A stretch of DNA of 63,018 nt, the filler included, from Corallochytrium limacisporum Hawaii (lineage: Eukaryota; Protista; Pluriformea): NCBI GenBank assembly GCA_002811645.1. It is 5 parts of 5 records of this genome, joined end to end, with 100 filler letters (N's around TTAATTAATTAA, not from the genome) between each part and the next. Parts side by side here need not be neighbours in the genome. Positions count along the whole stretch, not along the records: positions 52,255 to 61,854 come from PDIP01000112.1; positions 61,955 to 63,018 come from PDIP01000242.1; 3 more parts are not named here. One strand, given 5' to 3'. Positions 56,735 through 63,018 of this stretch are shown piece after piece. The position numbers were made by a program, and so were the translations under genes. The first letter of the stretch is position 1, and every line of letters begins with the position of its first letter. The notes under the pieces were generated by a model. That model was given only the letters and a program-made list of their open reading frames with translations, was not told where the DNA came from and did not search any database.

Positions 56735-57328
56735 CTAGTTTTCGAGAGGGTTGAGGTTACGAAGTACCTCATCAATGACTTCCAGAGGGGCATCGGTAAA
56801 GAGCGTAGCAGGGTAAACCTTAGTGCCCCATTTAGGATGGGACAGAACCTTGCAGCAACCCGTAGAGAACGTGGTGTACCGCAGAAGCAGTTCAGCACCG
56901 TTGACATCCGGATAGTAGGAGTTGGACTGGGAGTACACCGGCATGCCGGAACACGGGTCAGTCAGATCGCCCCAGTAGCCCATGGCTTTGAATTCTTCAA
57001 TGGCCAGGTCAGCCCAGTGCCTAAAATCCTCAAGACGCTCATCCTTTTCATCATCCACGTTTATACCAATGCCAACCATGTCATTCTTGCACGGCTGGAA
57101 AGTGGGAATAATATGAATATTCTTGGGGTCCCGACCGACAAAGACATAGCGCAGATATTCGTGGAAAGACTTTGGGCAAATACAGACGTTCCATTCAATG
57201 CGAACCTCAGACCTGGTCAAAGACTCCTTAGGGCCAGCGCGCAAGAACCGCGGTCTCTTACGCTCGTCTTTGGGCACTTCCTGCTTGGGCGCATGATCGC
57301 CGCTGACAATAATCCCAGTTCCCGACAT
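56735..57328 (-). CDS. MMADHC: Cobalamin trafficking protein CblD/MMADHC-like
   Basis: EKDERLEDF, GYWGDLTDPCSG, GCCKVLSHPKWGTKVYPATLFTDAP. Confidence 0.88.
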   Translation of the reverse strand: MSGTGIIVSGDHAPKQEVPKDERKRPRFLRAGPKESLTRSEVRIEWNVCICPKSFHEYLRYVFVGRDPKNIHIIPTFQPCKNDMVGIGINVDDEKDERLEDFRHWADLAIEEFKAMGYWGDLTDPCSGMPVYSQSNSYYPDVNGAELLLRYTTFSTGCCKVLSHPKWGTKVYPATLFTDAPLEVIDEVLRNLNPLEN

Positions 57329-58668
57329 GGCTCTTCCTGAACGTTCTCAGTTAGAATCTGGTAATTGCAATTCTATATTGCAATTATAAGTCCACGCGGT
57401 AAAGCAGTGGATATTTTTTCAGACTGAGAATTTCTAAGTGATCCAAAGCCTCCGGTGCTCTAAAACAATAAATATGTTATGCCACCTGAAATAGCCAATT
57501 TCGCATTAATTATTCCACGAAGCGCTTCCGTCGCCTCCTGTCCAACGGTAAAACTCCCCCCCCCCCCTCATCCGCTCTTCGTGATTCCCCATCGCCGCAC
57601 TATAGCGCCGGAAGGGCCCCCTCAGATCTCCGCCTGAGCCAAAGCACTGGCTCCTCCTTGAATGTTCCAACACACACACACAGCAAGACTCCTTCCCGCA
57701 GCCACCGGGATCCCCAGCCCATCCGTTCTTTAGAGACCGTGGGGCGCCCGCCAAAAGACGGGCGGGTCAGCAACCAACAACAGTTTCATTTCTTGACTTC
57801 AGACCACAGCAAAGGATTTGCAGTACCGCGCTACCCTATCTGCACCAGTAGAGTGCGCCCAAAATGACGTCGTTTATGGCCGCGGGGTTGTGTGTGTTCG
57901 TGGAAGGTAAACGCCGATGGTCCATGCCCCGAAGCAATCATCGTGTTATAAGGCCGATACCCAGAGCGACAGCCACCACCACCAGCTGCTTGAGATGGTG
58001 ACTGCCCGAAGCCCCCATCCCAGCCAGTCAGCCAGCGAAATGCTGCGGGCCAGCCCCTCACGCGGCCCGGGGCCACGGCCATAGAGAGCAAGGGAGACAC
58101 GGAACTGTCGATGTGGAACCGCCGCAGTAGCGGTGGGGGACAGGGGCAGGGGTGCGGGCAAAGTGCTAAGGAACTAGGCCCCCTCCCCTCCCACCCCGTC
58201 ACCCGAAGGGGGGGGGGGACTGAACCCCGCACCAGCTGGCACGCACACGCGTTTAAAAGCCCCCCCAAACCCAACCCAACACCTCCCCCCGGGGCGACTG
58301 CAAAAGGGTGGAATTTTGGGTTGGCCAGTTTGGCTTGGCCGTGGAGGTGGGTGGAGAGTTTTTGCCCTTGGTTTTGTTTGGAGAGGAAAGCAGGTGCACG
58401 GTAGTGACATCCGGCGTTCGGTGTACAACGAAACAGTGTACGCTTTTATCCAGTGGCCTATAATCTCTGAAGCGACAGTTTGAAACTGAGCTATTTGAAT
58501 CGTAATACTCACAAATGGTCACAGAAGCAAGGCACATGCCACTGTACTACATTACGGAGTCCATCAAGTGATTGGAAGCAGCGGCACTCGCGGGAACTAT
58601 GTCTCGGTGAGAACGTCGCTTCAGAATAGTTTCGAAACATATTGTATAGGACATAGAGAAAGAAAACG

Positions 58669-59856
58669 ATGCTGACCAATGCGTCAAGGCATGTGTTCGG
58701 CCGTCTGGCACGGTCTGTAGCCACGCGCACGCCCCGGACCCAGTTGCTGAACCAACGTCGATGGTACCTAGAAGAAGCCCCTGCAGAAGAACTGACTGTG
58801 GCGGGAGCGGCAAAGGCTGTGGCGCGCTTCATGGGATACAGCGCTGTCTTTGCCACTGGATGTGGTATCGTCCTGGGTTTGCCGATCGTATTCCCGTTTG
58901 ACTCCCTCGAGGAAGGTGACATCGATAAGCTCATGAACATCGAGGAGGCAAATAACCCGGTTCATGCTGTCTTTCTTCGGGCAAAGATGCGCTACGAAGG
59001 CCTGACTAAATCCTTCGCAGATCCTTCCAGTGATAAGTTGTTGCCAGATATGCCTCCGAGCCACCAGGCTCCGGCCACCCTGGTCATTAATCTGGATGAG
59101 GTGCTTGTTCATTCCGAATGGTCTCCTACCAAGGGCTGGCGTGTGCTGAAGCGTGCTGGCGTGAACCCCATGCTTGCCACCCTCATGAACTACTACGAAA
59201 TTGTGATTTGGAGTGACAAGAGTCCGGGGTACGCCGGCCCGATCATTGAGAAGATTGATCCGCACACCGTTGTGCCCTTCCGCCTGTTTCGGGATGCGAC
59301 CAAGTGGGAAGGCCGCAAGCATGTGAAGGATCTCACTTATCTGAATCGGGACCCCAGCCGAGTTGTGATCGTTGATGTCGATCCGGAAGTTGTGCGGCCA
59401 CGGGAGAATGCCTTAATCATCAAGAAGTGGGAGGGACCCCCGAAGGACGGCAAAGCCGACGAGGACCATGGTCTGATGCACCTGACCCAGTTCCTTGAGG
59501 CTCTGGCTCGCAGTGGTGTGGAGGATGTTCGTCCTGTGCTGGAAAGTTATAAGGATTCTGAGGATCCCCTGGCTGACTTCCTGGAGAACCAGAAGCGGGC
59601 AGCTGAGGAGCACAGGCAGCGCATGGAAGAACATCGCCACAGCTTCACGGCCTCTCTATTCGGCGGTCGTCCAGCAGTGGCTAGTGCCCCGGTTGTGCAG
59701 CAGGGCGAGCCGCAGGCCGTCTATGAGCAGGAGGAACCGGTTGCTGCTGAGGAGCAGCACCACGCTTCCAGAGGCAGCCTGTGGTCTTGGCTGGGTCTGG
59801 TGGAACAGCCTCCAGCAGAGCAGCCTCAAGAGCAGTCACAACAAAACCAGCACTAA
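58669..59856 (+). CDS. TIM50: Mitochondrial inner membrane translocase subunit Tim50
   Basis: Presequence, single TM, DPSSDKLLPD, TLVINLDEVLVHSEW...GWRVLKRAG, LFRDAT, KDLTYLNRD, DVRPVL. Confidence 0.93.
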   Translation: MLTNASRHVFGRLARSVATRTPRTQLLNQRRWYLEEAPAEELTVAGAAKAVARFMGYSAVFATGCGIVLGLPIVFPFDSLEEGDIDKLMNIEEANNPVHAVFLRAKMRYEGLTKSFADPSSDKLLPDMPPSHQAPATLVINLDEVLVHSEWSPTKGWRVLKRAGVNPMLATLMNYYEIVIWSDKSPGYAGPIIEKIDPHTVVPFRLFRDATKWEGRKHVKDLTYLNRDPSRVVIVDVDPEVVRPRENALIIKKWEGPPKDGKADEDHGLMHLTQFLEALARSGVEDVRPVLESYKDSEDPLADFLENQKRAAEEHRQRMEEHRHSFTASLFGGRPAVASAPVVQQGEPQAVYEQEEPVAAEEQHHASRGSLWSWLGLVEQPPAEQPQEQSQQNQH

Positions 59857-59951
59857 ATGACATCTGTGAGCCCATCATGTTCTTGTATAAAAATCAGACG
59901 TTTACATGTATAAGAGAATAGTTCATTGCGGTCTAATGCATTGTACCAACT

Positions 59952-61031
59952 TTATTTGCGTTTCCTGATCTTGTCGAGCTCAGCAAGCAAGTCACGGTCA
60001 CTGTCCAGCAGGTCTTCAGGATTGTCATAGAAATTGTAGTTGCGTAGGGCGTGCTGCTGCTCGCCGTTGCGGATGTGCAGCAGTAGGGCCTTGTTGACAT
60101 CAATACAGCCGGGCATGTCCTCACCCTCTGCAATCAATCCATGGGCGCCCTCCGGATAGATAACCTCAGTGGCTGCCATCTGCTTGACCAGTCGCTTACC
60201 ACCGGCAGGATCTACCATTATGTCCTTGTTTCCGATAAGCACCTGAATTGGAAAGCCAGCACAGCCGATGGCATTCAGCTCGGCATCACTCATGCCGTAG
60301 CGCACCATTGCGAAAACCTGGGACAGGCGCCCAACTGTGGGCGTCCGAGGCAGGTTCATGAGGGCATATGCCTGCCTTCGCTTCAGTTCCTTGTATTTCA
60401 CGGGATCTGACAGGCTCTGAGGTGCATACAAGAGCTTCAGTAGGGTCTCAAGGCTTGCCTGCAGTCCGGTAACGAAGTTTCCGTATGGATCCATGGTGCC
60501 ACCATTCACTAGTGTGCGGACCACGGTCTTGATAGTATTCATGGGCGGCAGAAGAGTACCACCATGAGTGTTTATCAGGGTCAGAGAGCGAATGCGATGA
60601 CCGTAGCGCAGAGCAAGGCGCTGACTAATCATGCCGCCCATGCTCACCCCCACGACGTGGAAGGTTTTCCATCCGAGGTACTGAGTAAGTTGGAAAGCGT
60701 CACGTGCCATATCATCCATGGTAAAATCCAGGCCCCAGGTACCTGACTCTCCAACCCCGCGGTTGTCAAAAATGCAGATCTGAAACTCGGTACTTTTGCG
60801 AGCAAAGAACTCCCATTGCGCACGCCAAGCCTCCTTCATCATTCCGAAACCCATGATGAATAGGACCTTGGTCTGACCGGTACCCTTGGTCCAGTACCTC
60901 AGCCTCAGGGCACCCCAAGTCGCATCATACCACACTGGGGCATAGTCCTTCTCATCAGGCGTGCTAAGCGGGGGTGCAACGTCAAGGATCGGCATCTTTG
61001 GTGGCGGGCTGTTTGTGAAAAGAAGAGACAT
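59952..61031 (-). CDS. Alpha/beta hydrolase
   Basis: FIMGF, FDNRGVGES, VGVSMGG nucleophile elbow, GNKDIMV, GAHG. Start ATG 61031, or 61130 per the ORF track. Confidence 0.88.
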   Translation of the reverse strand: MSLLFTNSPPPKMPILDVAPPLSTPDEKDYAPVWYDATWGALRLRYWTKGTGQTKVLFIMGFGMMKEAWRAQWEFFARKSTEFQICIFDNRGVGESGTWGLDFTMDDMARDAFQLTQYLGWKTFHVVGVSMGGMISQRLALRYGHRIRSLTLINTHGGTLLPPMNTIKTVVRTLVNGGTMDPYGNFVTGLQASLETLLKLLYAPQSLSDPVKYKELKRRQAYALMNLPRTPTVGRLSQVFAMVRYGMSDAELNAIGCAGFPIQVLIGNKDIMVDPAGGKRLVKQMAATEVIYPEGAHGLIAEGEDMPGCIDVNKALLLHIRNGEQQHALRNYNFYDNPEDLLDSDRDLLAELDKIRKRK

Positions 61032-61384
61032 TGGTCCCCGGTCAGTCCTTCGATAGTTATTGGAAAGTTCCCGGTGATCAGTACCATATCCGTGGAGTCT
61101 GATGTGACAGGACCATACTCGGTCTGGCATACCTTACGGGTCCAGAACGATTCTGTCGAGGTGCTACAGTTTCGTCCGTTGCTACCCGCGCTCTTCCTCA
61201 TCTTCGTAATTTTCAATTTCCGGGAGCTCCCAACTTTTTCTTCCCGGGCGATGGGTACACGTCCGCAATAACCGAACCCGTCCATTGCTTCGTAACCGAG
61301 GACTGGGGGCCCAGCATGCAACAAAGTTTGCCCTCGGACCGGTACGGAACAGACCTGTGTGTCCACAGCGGCGACGTATAGGAC

Positions 61385-61426
61385 GGCCACAGCACTTAAA
61401 AGCCACGGGGCACACGGTTCCAAACC

Positions 61427-61457
<31 letters not shown>

Positions 61458-61650
61458 NNNNNNNNNNNNNNNNNNNNNNNNNNNNNNNNNNNNNNNNNNN
61501 NNNNNNNNNNNNNNNNNNNNNNNNNNNNNNNNNNNNNNNNNNNNNNNNNNNNNNNNNNNNNNNNNNNNNNNNNNNNNNNNNNNNNNNNNNNNNGGCCACA
61601 GCACTTAAAAGCCACGGGCCACACGGTTCCAAACCCTGACTCTCTCTCCC
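61385..61650. repeat. ~55-bp direct duplication plus (CT)n flanking an N gap
   Basis: GGCCACAGCACTTAAAAGCCACGGG.CACACGGTTCCAAACCCTGACTCTCTCTC occurs on both sides of the gap at 61458-61593. Confidence 0.8.
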
Positions 61651-61830
61651 TCCCCCCCCCCCGGTGCCCCCGATTGCGCGCGCCACTACTACCAACACTC
61701 ACCACCGGCACATAACTAAGAGCCGTAGTTCCTCCCCCCCCCCCGCGGGAGAGGGGGGCGCCGAGCGTTACACGGTGATAGAAGAGAAGGAAAAAAGGCA
61801 TAAGGAGACGCTCAGATGACAACCCCCCCT

Positions 61831-61854
61831 TCTCTCTCTCTCTCTCTCTCTCTC
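61831..61854. repeat. (CT)n microsatellite at a contig end
   Basis: Read directly from the sequence. Confidence 0.9.
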
Positions 61855-63018
61855 NNNNNNNNNNNNNNNNNNNNNNNNNNNNNNNNNNNNNNNNNNNNTT
61901 AATTAATTAANNNNNNNNNNNNNNNNNNNNNNNNNNNNNNNNNNNNNNNNNNNNGGAGGGGGAGGGGGAGGGGGGGGGCCAGAGAGCTGTGTCAGCTGAT
62001 TGCGGGTCCCGAAGATCGGGCCGCCGGGGGACCGTACGGGAAAACGGAAGGGTGCGTACCGCAGCTCAGTCATTTACCTACGGGCTCAGCACTGAACAAA
62101 AAGCCTTGGGAACGGTTTCTCCTAGTGGTGAGGGGACATACCCGCAAGAAAGAGACCGAATCGGCTGGACACAAAACGCAAAAAGCCTGGGGGAATGGCT
62201 CCTTTTCCTTGGTGGTAAAAGGGGCGCTACACCCGCAAGAAAAAAAAAATTCCGAAGCGGGAGGACAAGTGGGCCGGGAGTAATTTGCACGGGCAAAGTC
62301 GGCGAGGGCACGGGGAGACCTAGTGCGCACAGGGATACGCAAAGCTGGACAGGAGTGGGGTGCAGTGGCGGGAACAGGTTACGCTGGGATCCGGGGGAAG
62401 ACGGTTGTACTGTACCGGAATGCTCGTTGGATCTACTTCAACTGGATGCCATGATATGGAAATCTGCTGCTCTCCAGAGTCATCGTGTGTCATTCCAAGT
62501 TGCTTTAATAGCATCGTCGCAATCAGGGCGGCGTTCGTATGGACGCTTCGGCGCGGACACTGATGGTGACAACAAATGCGGGCTGAGCAAATGAAGTACG
62601 TTCTGTACTGGTCTTCTTGCCAAAGCAGATCAACTACCGGATGGCCTTACCGAACCCTAATCCGTCCGGTTTGTAATGTATAGCACGGCAGGCCATTACA
62701 CTGGGTCTCTTGCGTTCCCGCGTGTCCATCAACTCGTGCTCCACCTTGCGCAGAATTTCATATTGCGTAAACAGAAATTCTTTGTGCTCGGCTTCTTCCA
62801 TGTCCTGTCGCGATCGAACAATAGTTATTGACAATGGAACCTGGCTCCAGGTCCATCGGGACCATCATCAGCGGAACATCAATTGGGAACGGGAGTCACA
62901 ACAACGGGCGTAGGGACACAGCGTCAGGAGGAAGGGGAGGTTGGAGAGGTCGGGCTGACAGGGAGGGGACCGCAACAAGACGGCGTGAGGGACGGGTGAG
63001 GGGTTGATGACGATACGG

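Noticed and set aside
61385-61650. Direct repeat read as a CRISPR-like unit or LTR
   Set aside because: Only two copies, flanking an N gap with a (CT)n tract. Most likely an unmerged contig overlap or a local tandem repeat.
1-63018. Prokaryotic origin, operons, CRISPR arrays, rRNA
   Set aside because: The gene set is eukaryotic (APC6, TIM50, CWC25, MED11). I saw no regularly spaced repeats or rRNA signatures.

Overview
Eukaryotic, not prokaryotic, draft sequence. It holds five pieces joined by N..TTAATTAATTAA..N linkers (15027-15126, 34277-34376, 52155-52254, ~61855-61954) and has three ordinary N gaps. About 19 long, essentially intron-free CDSs can be supported: a C2H2 zinc-finger factor, a Greatwall/Rim15-family kinase, MED11, two secreted proteins next to a telomere-like repeat, an actinobacterial-type enoyl-CoA hydratase with a PTS1-like tail, a sugar porter, CWC25, an MSL1-like PEHE protein, a MOSC/mARC protein, an ArsS-type radical SAM enzyme, CDC16/APC6, a 4.3k-aa single-chain fungal-type FAS with two ACPs, a Cys2/MetX-type acyltransferase, a TIGR04283-like glycosyltransferase, MMADHC, TIM50 and an alpha/beta hydrolase. 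The mix of animal-like (MSL1, MMADHC) and fungal-like (FAS, Cys2) genes in an intron-poor genome suggests a unicellular opisthokont or holozoan; this is inference only. The most interesting points are: (1) a candidate eukaryotic arsenosugar pathway (ArsS plus a TIGR04283-type GT); (2) splice signals concentrated in UTR and intergenic DNA while the CDSs are intronless; (3) a TA-targeting TIR transposon family at contig ends whose terminus carries a conserved E2F-type motif; (4) a probably subtelomeric secreted protein built from bacterial RTX/B-repeat modules plus a knottin-like tail. All family assignments come from motif recognition by eye; no searches were run.
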